Below, piece by piece: positions 53,490-63,047 of a stretch of DNA of 64,000 nt. The stretch's first letter is position 1; each line of letters begins with the position of its first letter. The DNA comes from Patescibacteria group bacterium. GTDB lineage: Bacteria; Patescibacteriota; Microgenomatia; UBA1400; PJMF01. Both the position numbers and the translations under genes were made by a program. The notes under the pieces are model-generated. The model was not told the DNA's origin. It searched no databases and saw only the letters and a list, made by a program, of their open reading frames with translations. The stretch is taken from contig JAZQJV010000009.1 of the NCBI GenBank assembly GCA_045541795.1, forward strand, positions 7,460 to 71,459, given 5' to 3'.

Positions 53490-53890
53490 TGTGGAAAAAG
53501 AGTAAAAAATTCATTACAAATTTAGTGCTAGGCGTCTTCCTGGCGGTGGGCTTGGTGCCGGCGATGGCACAGGCGGCGACAATTAGTCCTGATGAGGTCT
53601 TGCCGACAGCTTACAGAAATAAATTGCCGAGCGATGTGGGCACAACTGGCAGCCGGATCGTGTCGATCGTGATCGTAGTCGGGGCGGTACTGACTCTTGG
53701 TTACATGCTCTGGGGAGCGATTGATATGATCACAGCCGAAGGCGATACGGGCAAGCTGGAGGCGGCACGCGATAAAATCATGTACTCGATTATCGGCCTG
53801 ATTGTTTTGGCTTCTAGCTGGGCGATTTACCAATTGGTGCTTTTTGTGACCTTTGGCGGCAGTAATATCAGCGTCCCTACTTTGAGATAG
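53490..53890 (+). CDS. VirB2/TrbC-like pilin paralog 3 (leaderless)
   Basis: TTGCAT-17-TATAAT promoter 7 nt before ATGTGG. Core IVIVVGAVLTLGYMLWGAIDMITAEGDTGKLEAARDKIMYSIIGLIVLASSWAIYQL. Confidence 0.6.
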
Positions 53891-54104
53891 TGAGAAAAAT
53901 ATAGGCCGAAATGTGCGGGAATCGGTTTTTTATCCTATAATTTGACTTATTTTGATTAAAATTGGTCAATTTTGCCGGCAAATCGGTGAAATTGCTTGCC
54001 AAAATGGCAAAAAATGGTGTATAATATATCATAATACCACTTAGGTTAGCAAAATAATAAAATTATACTAACCCAAGCCGGATAAAAGCTAATAGAAAGG
54101 CATA

Positions 54105-54524
54105 ATGAAAAGCTTTTTGAAAAAATGCGCCGCGAGTGTAGGAGTGGCTACGATCGCGACAGCGAGCCTTTTTTCTCCTGTAATGGCCGAAGATGCGACC
54201 AACTTGTTCCGTGATATGGATCCAACCACCAATAACGGCGGTCTCAAGATCACGGGCAATGCCGGCAGCCTTTTCCGCAATGTGATCACGATTGTTTTCA
54301 TCGTGGCCGCGATCCTCACCCTTTTTTACTTGGTGATGGGGGCGATCAACTGGATCACTTCTGGCGGTGACAAGGGTAAAGTCGAGGACGCTCGCAATAA
54401 AATCACAGCGGCAGTCATCGGTTTACTGCTTTTGGCAGCTACCTGGGCCATTTATCAGCTGGTGATGACAGTCGCCTTTGGTACTGATACTCAAGGCATC
54501 ACGATCCCCTACTTGGCTCGCTAA
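54105..54524 (+). CDS. VirB2/TrbC-like pilin paralog 4
   Basis: Signal peptide. Core IVFIVAAILTLFYLVMGAINWITSGGDKGKVEDARNKITAAVIGLLLLAATWAIYQL. A terminator lies at 54548..54575. Confidence 0.6.
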   Translation: MKSFLKKCAASVGVATIATASLFSPVMAEDATNLFRDMDPTTNNGGLKITGNAGSLFRNVITIVFIVAAILTLFYLVMGAINWITSGGDKGKVEDARNKITAAVIGLLLLAATWAIYQLVMTVAFGTDTQGITIPYLAR

Positions 54525-54547
54525 AACAAAAAAAGAAACGAAATCCC

Positions 54548-54575
54548 GGCTGCGGCCGGGATTTTTTGTGCACAA
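54548..54575 (+). terminator. Intrinsic terminator ATCCCGGCtgcgGCCGGGAT plus TTTTTTG
   Basis: Hairpin plus U-tract. Confidence 0.8.
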
Positions 54576-54634
54576 ATGACACGAGCGGAGAAACGAGACA
54601 AGATCAGTCTTGTCTGGGCCGGCAAAAGGCATGC

Positions 54635-56158
54635 TTAGTTTTGGTTTTCAGATTTGGGAGCGGCTGGCAGGCGGACTTTGGTGAGGTCGATGGCCGCCAC
54701 GTCATCCCCGCGGTAAAGATCCCAACTTTGCAGATACCACAAAAAGATGGCCGGCGGATCTTCGAGGAGGTCTTGCTGAAATTCTTGATACAGCGTGGCG
54801 CGCTCGGCGGAACTGAGGGGGCGGTCGCTGGTCGGGTCAATGGTCTGGCGGGCTTTTTCGAGTGAGTTGTCCACACGAGTGTTTTTGTAATGGGTGAAAT
54901 TGGTGGCCAAATCTGAGTGCCAGAGGCTGTATTGATCAGGATCGCGGGGGATTTGCTGACCTATAAGGAGTGCTTGGAAATTATTGGTATCGGGGATCGT
55001 CTGGATCTGGATATTGGTCTGGATGCCCAGGTAAGCGCAAGGGGTTTTGTCTTCAATTTTGTCACTTTCTTGGCAGGCCTTGACGGCGGCTTCGCCGAGC
55101 TGGTCCCAGTCTTCCTTGATGCGGGAGGCGACGTCATAATAACTGGCCGTGGTGGTAAGAGTAATTTCTATGGGTGCACCGGGCAATTCATCCAGGAGGC
55201 GCTCGACGCCGGAGTCAATATTTTTGTCATAGCGCTTACTGCCAGGGAAATAAGCAAAACTAACTGGGCTGATGGGTCCGAGTGCCCGGTCAAAACCGGC
55301 CCGGTCTTTTTCCACGCCGTAACTCAAGGCCTGGCGGACATTTTTGGTGAGGACGGGGTCGGCAGTATTAAAGAAAACGGCCAAGTATTGATTGGTGAGG
55401 CGGCGCTCTTGGACGGTAGTCGTCTCCCAGTCTTTGACCTCGTCAATATTGGTAATATCGGGCAGATAGTCTACCTGGCCGAGCTTATAGGCGTCTAGAG
55501 CTTGGTTTTGGGTGTAATAAAAACGGTAAACGTAACGAATACGGGTCTCCAGGTCATCAATGACTACTTGAGAAAGAGCGGAGTGCGAGCGGTCTTGCCA
55601 TTTGTAACTGGTCAGGCGGGTGTTTTTGAGACCGTAAACGTCAATATGACGGATGAATCCGTATTTTTTTGTCTCCTGGAAGCGTAGCACCGGATCGGTC
55701 AAAAGCTGCGGGAAACTGGCGAGCACCGCCGGGAGATCATAAATGACTTGGTTGTTTTCATACGTCACGCGGGCGTCACGCAAGTGATAATTAATGTCTG
55801 TGGCCTGGAGCGGTTGCCCGTCTGGCCAGTAGACGTCATCTTCAAGCGTGAAACGAAACCTTTTGCCGTTGTCTTCTAGCGCGAAGCGCGCGGCTAGATC
55901 GAGGCTGGCAGGCGTGAAGACGCCGCTTTCATCCATCTGGACGAGGCTGCGAGACAGCTGCCTGGTGATGTCTTCTGGTAAATTGGTAAGCTCATACTCC
56001 CCCACCAGGCCGATGTAGATCGTCTGCCGGTGAGAAAAATTGCGGAATAAATACGGTACTACCAAGGAAAAAAACACCGCTCCGATAACCAGCGCCAGCA
56101 AAAACTTCAATCCGTGTTTCCTGATGTAGCCAGTAATGTACCAGTATAATTTGATCAT
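54635..56158 (-). CDS. Membrane-anchored ABC-transporter substrate-binding protein (family 5, peptide/nickel type)
   Basis: 507 aa. N-terminal TM helix. The SBP_bac_5-like pattern is recalled only. 4-nt overlap with secG. Confidence 0.5.
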   Translation of the reverse strand: MIKLYWYITGYIRKHGLKFLLALVIGAVFFSLVVPYLFRNFSHRQTIYIGLVGEYELTNLPEDITRQLSRSLVQMDESGVFTPASLDLAARFALEDNGKRFRFTLEDDVYWPDGQPLQATDINYHLRDARVTYENNQVIYDLPAVLASFPQLLTDPVLRFQETKKYGFIRHIDVYGLKNTRLTSYKWQDRSHSALSQVVIDDLETRIRYVYRFYYTQNQALDAYKLGQVDYLPDITNIDEVKDWETTTVQERRLTNQYLAVFFNTADPVLTKNVRQALSYGVEKDRAGFDRALGPISPVSFAYFPGSKRYDKNIDSGVERLLDELPGAPIEITLTTTASYYDVASRIKEDWDQLGEAAVKACQESDKIEDKTPCAYLGIQTNIQIQTIPDTNNFQALLIGQQIPRDPDQYSLWHSDLATNFTHYKNTRVDNSLEKARQTIDPTSDRPLSSAERATLYQEFQQDLLEDPPAIFLWYLQSWDLYRGDDVAAIDLTKVRLPAAPKSENQN

Positions 56159-56367
56159 GCCGCACTAAGGGTGAGCGAGAGCAGCGAGAGGAACACAAAG
56201 GCAATGATACAGATGATAGTGACGTAAAAAATTACCTTTTCGAGGCCTCTTTTGGTCGTGTATGTCTCACCGCCGCCGCCCCAAAAACCAAGGCCTGCAT
56301 CTTGTGATTGCAGCAAAACACAAGCGATGATGATAATTCCTAAAATGATCTGTCCAGTTAAAATCAT
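56155..56367 (-). CDS. secG: Preprotein translocase subunit SecG
   Basis: 70 aa, two TM helices, LLQSQDAGLGFWGGGGE..TKRG: the SecG signature. Confidence 0.75.
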   Translation of the reverse strand: MILTGQIILGIIIIACVLLQSQDAGLGFWGGGGETYTTKRGLEKVIFYVTIICIIAFVFLSLLSLTLSAA

Positions 56368-56410
56368 AGTCTTTATTATACCTTACTTTTTGTCATTTTT
56401 GCTGCCAGTT

Positions 56411-58078
56411 TTACTTGGCGATGGCCTGACCGCGGGTCTCCCGGATCACCGTGACGGTGACAGTACCTGGGAAGGTGAGCTGCGCTTTGATCTCATCACG
56501 GATGCGGTCTGCCAGGAGCGTGACGTCATCGTCTTTGGAGTGAGCCGGCTCGAGGATGACGCGGATCTCGCGGCCTGCCTGGATAGCGTATGACTTCGCC
56601 ACTTCTGGGTGCTCGTTGGCGATTTTTTCCAACTTTTGCAGGCGCTGCACGTACTCGTCGTAATTTTCGTAGCGGGCACCCGGGCGAGCGCCAGAGATAG
56701 CATCAGCGATGTAGACCGCGATCTGTTCTGGTCCAGTGAATGGTTCGTCCTCATGGTGCTGGGCGATGGCGTCAATGACGCCTTGCGGGAGGTTGTATTT
56801 TTTGGCAATTTTCACACCCAGCTCTACGTGTGAGCCGTCCACTTCATCGCTGACTTTGCCGATGTCATGCATGAGACAGCCGAGTTTGACGATGTTGACA
56901 TTGAGCCCGAGCTCGTGAGCGATGCGGATACCGATACGGGTTTCCTCAAGAGTGTGAGAAATGAGATTTTGGCCGTAAGAAAAGCGATACTTAAAGCGAC
57001 CCAAAAGCTGCATCAGTTCATTGGGGAGGTTGTAAACGCCCACGGCATGACAAAGATTTTTGCCTTCCTCAAACATCACTTTGTCGAGTTCTTTGCGGGT
57101 CTTGGCGACGATTTCCTCGATACGGGTGGGCTGGACGCGGCCGTCTTTGATCAGTTTTTCCAGAGAAATTTTGGCCACCTCGCGCCGCACGGGATCAAAA
57201 CAGGAAAGTTTTACTTCTGTAGGCGAGGCATCCAGATCGACGTCGACACCAGTCACCCGCTCAAAAGCATGGATGTTACGGCCGTTTTTGCCGATGATTT
57301 TGCCTTTGGCGTCTTCTGAGGGGAGGTTGACGGTAGACATGGTGTATTCGGCCACGTAGTCAGTAGCGCCGTATTTCATGGCGTCAATCAAGATTTCTTT
57401 GGCTTTGGTGTCCGCCTCAGCGCGCATTTCTTCTTCTTTTTGGCGCAGGATCTGAGCCATGTCTTGTGTCGCGCGGCGACGGGTTTGATTGAGCAAGTAT
57501 TCGCGCGCTTCGTCTTTGGTCATGCCGGCGAGTTCTTCCAGGCGGCCGAGCACATTTTTTTTGGTCTGCTCCACTTGAGTTTGCAGATCAATGAGCTTGG
57601 TTTTTTCCTTTTCCAGATAGGCTTCTTTTTGGTCCATCTGAGAAAGGCGTTGATCAATCCGTTCTATTTTTTGAGTCAGCGTGCGTTGCTGCTCCTCGGC
57701 CTGACGCAGGATCTTCTGGGATTCATTATCGGCCTGAGAACGGATGCTGAGAGCTTCGGCCTTGGCTTCCACGATGGTTTCTTTGGCCTGGGCTTGCGCC
57801 TCGCGGACTACGGAGCGCGCCTGATTTTGGGCTTGGTCAAGGATACGCTGCGCCTGAGCTTTGGCCTTGGCCTCGGCTTCTTGGCGTAGCTGCTCGTAAT
57901 TGATTTCTACTTTGGGGGCGGCGGGCTTGGGAGCCGGAGCCGGACGAGTGCCGCCGGCTTTTTTGGCGATGTTTTTGGATCGCTTGGCTGGAGACTGTTT
58001 GGTGTCAGTAGTCATGCGAGCAGTGCCACGCTTATTTTGGCTAGCGAATAATGATGATAAATTGTTTACAAATGTCAT
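56411..58078 (-). CDS. rny: Ribonuclease Y
   Basis: N-terminal TM or coiled coil, a KH domain (GKIIGKNGRNI), and an HD domain (HAVGV..CLMHDIGK). Confidence 0.9.
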   Translation of the reverse strand: MTFVNNLSSLFASQNKRGTARMTTDTKQSPAKRSKNIAKKAGGTRPAPAPKPAAPKVEINYEQLRQEAEAKAKAQAQRILDQAQNQARSVVREAQAQAKETIVEAKAEALSIRSQADNESQKILRQAEEQQRTLTQKIERIDQRLSQMDQKEAYLEKEKTKLIDLQTQVEQTKKNVLGRLEELAGMTKDEAREYLLNQTRRRATQDMAQILRQKEEEMRAEADTKAKEILIDAMKYGATDYVAEYTMSTVNLPSEDAKGKIIGKNGRNIHAFERVTGVDVDLDASPTEVKLSCFDPVRREVAKISLEKLIKDGRVQPTRIEEIVAKTRKELDKVMFEEGKNLCHAVGVYNLPNELMQLLGRFKYRFSYGQNLISHTLEETRIGIRIAHELGLNVNIVKLGCLMHDIGKVSDEVDGSHVELGVKIAKKYNLPQGVIDAIAQHHEDEPFTGPEQIAVYIADAISGARPGARYENYDEYVQRLQKLEKIANEHPEVAKSYAIQAGREIRVILEPAHSKDDDVTLLADRIRDEIKAQLTFPGTVTVTVIRETRGQAIAK

Positions 58079-58252
58079 TTTCTCTTTCTAATTACCGAAA
58101 GAGAAGTAGTAATCTAAATTAAGCCTGCCCGGGCAAACGCCCCGGGGACGTATGGCTGACCGGCAACGGCAGACTAGAAAGCAGTTGTAGATGTGGGATG
58201 CTGGTCAAGTCAATAATTTCTAACATAATTTATAATTAGTCAACTTCTCTTA

Positions 58253-58297
58253 ATGATGCATCTATTATACCACAAAGTGGCGGTTTTGTCAAGGGGC
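58253..58297 (-). promoter_or_regulatory. TTGACA-17-TATAAT promoter for rny (a looser copy of the promoter cassette family)
   Basis: Reverse complement reads ccccTTGACAaaaccgccactttgtggTATAAT. Confidence 0.6.
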
Positions 58298-58367
58298 AGG
58301 AAGTGGCGGTGCAGCGGGGTTTTGGAGACAGGTGAGTGAAAATGGAGGCGGGAGCGGCGTACTTGCG

Positions 58368-58452
58368 GGAATTTGGAATTTGGTGAGGAAATGTATCGTA
58401 AATGTTTGGAATTTGGTGTGGAAATGTATTGTAAATGTAGGGAATTTGGTGA
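58368..58452. repeat. Tandem array of about 2.5 x 31-32-bp units (GGAATTTGGTGAGGAAATGTATCGTAAATGT). It lies immediately upstream of the -35 of the DUF4143 ATPase gene.
   Basis: Units read directly. A homologous array is at 59890..59978, on the other side of the gene. Confidence 0.85.
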
Positions 58453-58494
58453 ATTGAGGCTTGACTTTTTAATTTTTTGTGTTATAATGAGTTC

Positions 58495-59841
58495 ATGCTC
58501 AAAAGAAAAATAGATGTCTTTTTACATAACTGGAAGAATGACCCCACACACAAACCATTGATCGTGCGCGGGGCGCGCCAGATCGGCAAGACTTATTCCA
58601 TCCGGAGTTTTGGTCGCGGGCATTACTATAATATGGTGGAGATAAATTTTGCCCTCCAGCCGCAATTTTTAGATATTTTCCGTGATGGATACGAGCCTGG
58701 AGCGGTGATCCGCAATATCTCGATCAAGGATCCGGATCTGCAATTTCGCCCGAGCGAGACACTGATTTTTTTTGACGAGCTACAGGCGTTGCCAAATGCT
58801 GCCACATCGCTGAAATTTTTTGCTCAAGATGGCCGTTTTGACGTGATTTGTTCGGGATCTTTGATGGGCTTAGCGTATCAAGAAATTGAGTCCAATAGCG
58901 TCGGCTACAAGCAAGATTACATCATGCACAGTCTGGATTTTGAAGAGTTTTTGTGGGCTTTGGGCTTTAGACCGGCACAAATAGATGATTTGTATGACTG
59001 CATGATCCAGCTCCAACCGCTTTCCCAGATCCAGATGGAGACGATGACTGGACACTTCCAAAACTACATGATTTTGGGCGGGATGCCGGAGATTGTACAA
59101 CAGTTTGTCACCAGGGGTGAGTTTAGCGGCAGCCTAGAAATGCAACGCCAGCTTTGGCGCGACTACGAGGAAGACATTACCAAGTATGCGCGCGGCTTGG
59201 ATCAGGCAAAAGTGCTTAATGTCTGGCGCAAAATTCCCGTTTTTTTGGGTGAGGAAAATAAAAAATTTCACATCTCGAAAATCACACCGCATGCGCGTAC
59301 GCGCGACTACGTAGGCGTGGTGGAATGGCTGCAAAATGCTGGACTGATCAATGTTTGTCACTGTTTGCAGCAAGTGGATTTGCCGCTTCACGGCAACTAT
59401 CAGCCGGATAATTATAAGCTGTATCTGGGGGATACGGGGCTTTTGATCGGCCAGTTGGACGATGAAGTACAGCAAGATTTGCGTTACAATCGCAATTTTA
59501 ACGCTTACAAAGGGGCTTTGTATGAAAACATGGTGGCGGAAATGCTCACCAAGCAAGGCTACGAGCTATACTTTTACCGCAATGAAAAAAGCACGATCGA
59601 AATGGACTTTTTTGTACGTGACCGCTATCACCTGATACCGGTGGAGGTAAAAGCTCAAGATGGGAGCACGATCTCGCTTAAGAACCTAGTGACGAAGGGA
59701 AAATACCCGGCGATCAGTTTTGGCATCAAGTTGTGCGCAAAAAATATCGGCGTAAGCGGGCAAATCATCACCCTGCCCTACTTTTTGGCTTTCCTTTTGC
59801 GGCGGTTTTTGCTGGAGCGCAGCCAGCGAGAGCTTGCTTAG
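58495..59841 (+). CDS. AAA+ ATPase with DUF4143 (COG1373-type AAA_14 plus DUF4143)
   Basis: Walker A IVRGARQIGKT. The C-terminal region is typical of DUF4143. Leaderless: TTGACT-16-TGTGTTATAAT, with the ATG 7 nt after the -10. Confidence 0.8.
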   Translation: MLKRKIDVFLHNWKNDPTHKPLIVRGARQIGKTYSIRSFGRGHYYNMVEINFALQPQFLDIFRDGYEPGAVIRNISIKDPDLQFRPSETLIFFDELQALPNAATSLKFFAQDGRFDVICSGSLMGLAYQEIESNSVGYKQDYIMHSLDFEEFLWALGFRPAQIDDLYDCMIQLQPLSQIQMETMTGHFQNYMILGGMPEIVQQFVTRGEFSGSLEMQRQLWRDYEEDITKYARGLDQAKVLNVWRKIPVFLGEENKKFHISKITPHARTRDYVGVVEWLQNAGLINVCHCLQQVDLPLHGNYQPDNYKLYLGDTGLLIGQLDDEVQQDLRYNRNFNAYKGALYENMVAEMLTKQGYELYFYRNEKSTIEMDFFVRDRYHLIPVEVKAQDGSTISLKNLVTKGKYPAISFGIKLCAKNIGVSGQIITLPYFLAFLLRRFLLERSQRELA

Positions 59842-59889
59842 TGGTAATTATGGGGCGGGAGGTTGGTGGTTACATAGAGGTTCTTTGAG

Positions 59890-59978
59890 GTAAATGTTGG
59901 AATTTGGTGAGGAAATATATCGTAAAAATGTGGAATTTGGTGGAGAAATGTATCGTAAATGTAGGGAATTTGGTGTGG
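59890..59978. repeat. Tandem array of about 2.5 x 31-bp units, homologous to 58368..58452, downstream of the ATPase gene
   Basis: ggaatttggtgaggaaatatatcgtaaaaatgt / ggaatttggtggagaaatgtatcgtaaatgta / gggaatttggtg. Confidence 0.85.
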
Positions 59979-60012
59979 GTGGGGGGATTGGCATCGCCAG
60001 CAGCGCACTTTT

Positions 60013-62997
60013 TTACTTTTTGCTGGTTTTGCTCGCGTCACGAGCAAATTCGGCCGCCAGGAATTTCCCCGTCCAGGAGGAAGGATGACGGGCAATTTCT
60101 GCCGGTGTGCCGGTGGCCACGATCTGGCCGCCCTTCTCCCCTCCTTCAGGCCCGAGATCGATGACGTAGTCGCAATTTTTGATGATGTCGAGATTGTGCT
60201 CGATGACGATGACGGTATTATTGCCAGCCACCAGAGAGCTCAAGATGGAAAGCAGCCGCTGGACGTCTTCAAAATGCAAGCCGGTGGTGGGTTCGTCGAG
60301 TAAATAAATGACGTGTTCGGTGCGATTGCTGGAAAGTTCCTTGGCTAGCTTGACGCGTTGTGCCTCACCGCCAGAAAGAGTGGTAGCGGACTGACCCAAA
60401 GTCATGTAGCCCAAACCCACCAGCTGGAGGGTGTGGAGTTTTTCACGAAGGCCCAGGTGACCAGTGAAAAATTCGTAGGCTTCGTCAATGGTCATGTCTA
60501 GCACCTCGGCGATATTTTTGCCGCGGTAGGTTACTTGAAGGGTTTCTTCGGAGTAACGCCGGCCATGGCAGACATCACAAGGGACGTAGACATCAGGCAA
60601 AAATTGCATTTCCACTTTTGTCTGGCCATCTCCCTGGCAAGCTTCGCAGCGCCCGCCCTTGATATTGAAGGAAAAACGGGAGGCGTCATAGCCGCGGACT
60701 TTGGCTTCGTTGGTCTCGGCGAAAACTTTGCGGATATAGTCAAAAATCTTGGTATAAGTGGCCGGATTGGAGCGAGGCGTTTTGCCAATGGGAGACTGAT
60801 CTACCAGGCATAAGCGTTTGACACCCGCGGGGACGTCGAGCGCTTTGATGGGCGCGGCGATGTCGTCTATTTTGTAGCCTAAGTACATGCCGAGGTTGGC
60901 GTAGAGCGTCTCGTACAGGAGCGTGGATTTGCCGGAGCCAGAAAGGCCGGTGAGGGCGATGAGTTTGCCCAGCGGGAACTCCACCGTGAGGTTTTTGAGA
61001 TTATTGCCGGTGGCGCCGCGGATAATGATTTTTTGGCCTTGGAGATTTTTTTTGGCGGTGGCCATGAGCTGACTTTCCTTGGTGATGGGGGCGTTGATGC
61101 GTTTGACGCGCTTGGCGCCCGAGAGGTATTTGCCCGTGAGGCTATGGGGATCAGCGATGAGCTCATCCACACTGCCGCTGGCTACGATCTGGCCGCCGTT
61201 TTTGCCGGCTTTAGGGCCAAAGTCATACACGACGTCGGCCGCTTCCATCACGCCGCGGTCATGCTCTACCACGATGACGGTATTGCCTTTGTCACGCAAC
61301 ATTTTGAGCGTATCTATAAGACGTTTGTTATCGCGTTCATGAAGACCGATAGTAGGCTCATCGAGGATGTAAAGCACGCCGGTAAGGCCAGTACCGATTT
61401 GCGACGCCAGGCGGATGCGCTGCGCCTCGCCGCCGGCTAAAGTATTTGCCTGGCGGGACAAAGTGAGATAATCCAGGCCCACGCTCAAGAGGAATTGGAG
61501 CCTGGTAATGACTTCCTTGATAATAGGCTCAGCGATGAGCTTTTCTTTGGGTTGGATGAGGTTTTTGTCTAAAAGTCCTTGGAAAAAGGCGATCGCCTTT
61601 TCGATGGTGAGCCGGCACACTTCGGCAATGTTAAGGCCGTCCACTGTCACACTGAGTGCCTCGGGCCGTAAGCGGTCACCATGGCAATCAGGGCAGATTT
61701 CTGTCTTCATGAAATGACCAATTTCCCGGCGTACCCAGTCACTTTCGGTATTGTTATAACGTTCTTCGAGTTCATTGACAAAACCGGTAAACTTTTCCCG
61801 GATTTTGGTAGCTTCACCAAAACGGTTTTCGCCGGCGACGGTATAAGTTTTGGTGCTGCCGTACAGGAGGATTTCGTGGGCTTTGTCACTCATTTCGTTC
61901 CATGGGGTCTTGCGAAAGTCGTAGCCTAAGTCCTCCACTACCACCTGTACCAGGCGTGACCACCAAGTGTTGCTAGCGATGGTACGCTCATACGGGATGA
62001 CGGCACCTTCAGAAAGAGTGAGACCTGGAGCAATGATCTTTTTGACGTCAATTTTGAGCAGACTCCCCAAACCCGAGCAAGTAGGACAGGCGCCAGCAGG
62101 AGCATTAAAAGAAAAAAGCAGCGGAAACGGCGGTTCCACACTGAGTCCACAAAAACTGCAGGCCAAGTGCTCACTAAAAAGGACGTCTTCCATGACTTTG
62201 GGTTTCTCGGGGAAATCCAGGCTGGCATCGCCTACAAAAGAGACGATGAGAAAACCTTCGGCTTGTTTGAGAGCTTCCTCGACAGCAGCGGTAAGGCGAG
62301 TTTTGAAGTTTTTGAATTTTTCGCTGTCGCGAAATTGCCCCTTGGTAAGCGAGAGACGATCGACCACGAGGGCGATCGTGTGGCGATTGTTTTTGAGTAA
62401 GTCAATGCGTTCGTTGAGGTCGTAAACTTGGCCGTCAATGCGGACCCGCTGGAAGCCGCGCTTGCGTAGTGACTGTAAAAGACTGGTAAATTCGCCTTTT
62501 TTGTCTCGCACTACTGGTGAAAGGATCATCAGGCGCAGATTAGCGCCCGTAAGGCGACTCTGGATTTCGCGCGAAATATGCCCCACGATCTGATCGACGG
62601 ACTGGGTGGAAATTTCGCGACCGCAGTTGGGACAGTGCAGATGGCCGACTTTGGCGTATAAAAGACGCAAGTAATCGTAAATTTCGGTGATGGTGCCTAC
62701 GGTGGAGCGGGGATTATGTGAGGTGGTTTTTTGATCAATGGCGATCGCTGGCGAGAGACCATCAATGCTTTCTACATCGGGTTTTTTCATGATACCGAGG
62801 AACTGACGAGCGTAGGAAGACAGGCTTTCTACATAGCGGCGCTGGCCCTCACTATAAAGGGTATCGAAGGCGAGGGAACTTTTGCCGGAGCCGGAAAGGC
62901 CAGTAAAAACCACCAGTTTATTTTTGGGGATGGAAACGGATACATCGCGCAAATTGTGTTCACGTGCCCCAGTAACAACGATATTTTGACTACTCAT
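60013..62997 (-). CDS. uvrA: Excinuclease ABC subunit A
   Basis: Two ABC ATPase modules (GLSGSGKSSL / GLSGSGKSTL) and zinc-finger Cys clusters. The start is taken at MSSQNIVV, downstream of the TTGACG-17-TATAAT promoter. Confidence 0.95.
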   Translation of the reverse strand: MSSQNIVVTGAREHNLRDVSVSIPKNKLVVFTGLSGSGKSSLAFDTLYSEGQRRYVESLSSYARQFLGIMKKPDVESIDGLSPAIAIDQKTTSHNPRSTVGTITEIYDYLRLLYAKVGHLHCPNCGREISTQSVDQIVGHISREIQSRLTGANLRLMILSPVVRDKKGEFTSLLQSLRKRGFQRVRIDGQVYDLNERIDLLKNNRHTIALVVDRLSLTKGQFRDSEKFKNFKTRLTAAVEEALKQAEGFLIVSFVGDASLDFPEKPKVMEDVLFSEHLACSFCGLSVEPPFPLLFSFNAPAGACPTCSGLGSLLKIDVKKIIAPGLTLSEGAVIPYERTIASNTWWSRLVQVVVEDLGYDFRKTPWNEMSDKAHEILLYGSTKTYTVAGENRFGEATKIREKFTGFVNELEERYNNTESDWVRREIGHFMKTEICPDCHGDRLRPEALSVTVDGLNIAEVCRLTIEKAIAFFQGLLDKNLIQPKEKLIAEPIIKEVITRLQFLLSVGLDYLTLSRQANTLAGGEAQRIRLASQIGTGLTGVLYILDEPTIGLHERDNKRLIDTLKMLRDKGNTVIVVEHDRGVMEAADVVYDFGPKAGKNGGQIVASGSVDELIADPHSLTGKYLSGAKRVKRINAPITKESQLMATAKKNLQGQKIIIRGATGNNLKNLTVEFPLGKLIALTGLSGSGKSTLLYETLYANLGMYLGYKIDDIAAPIKALDVPAGVKRLCLVDQSPIGKTPRSNPATYTKIFDYIRKVFAETNEAKVRGYDASRFSFNIKGGRCEACQGDGQTKVEMQFLPDVYVPCDVCHGRRYSEETLQVTYRGKNIAEVLDMTIDEAYEFFTGHLGLREKLHTLQLVGLGYMTLGQSATTLSGGEAQRVKLAKELSSNRTEHVIYLLDEPTTGLHFEDVQRLLSILSSLVAGNNTVIVIEHNLDIIKNCDYVIDLGPEGGEKGGQIVATGTPAEIARHPSSWTGKFLAAEFARDASKTSKK

Positions 62998-63047
62998 AAG
63001 GAGGGATATTATAGCATAAAAGCCGGTTTTCGTCAAGGACTGCCAGA

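Noticed and set aside
58368-59978. Possible CRISPR array, suggested by the repeated ~31-bp units
   Set aside because: The units are directly tandem with no intervening unique spacers. There are only about 2.5 copies per array. No cas genes are present.
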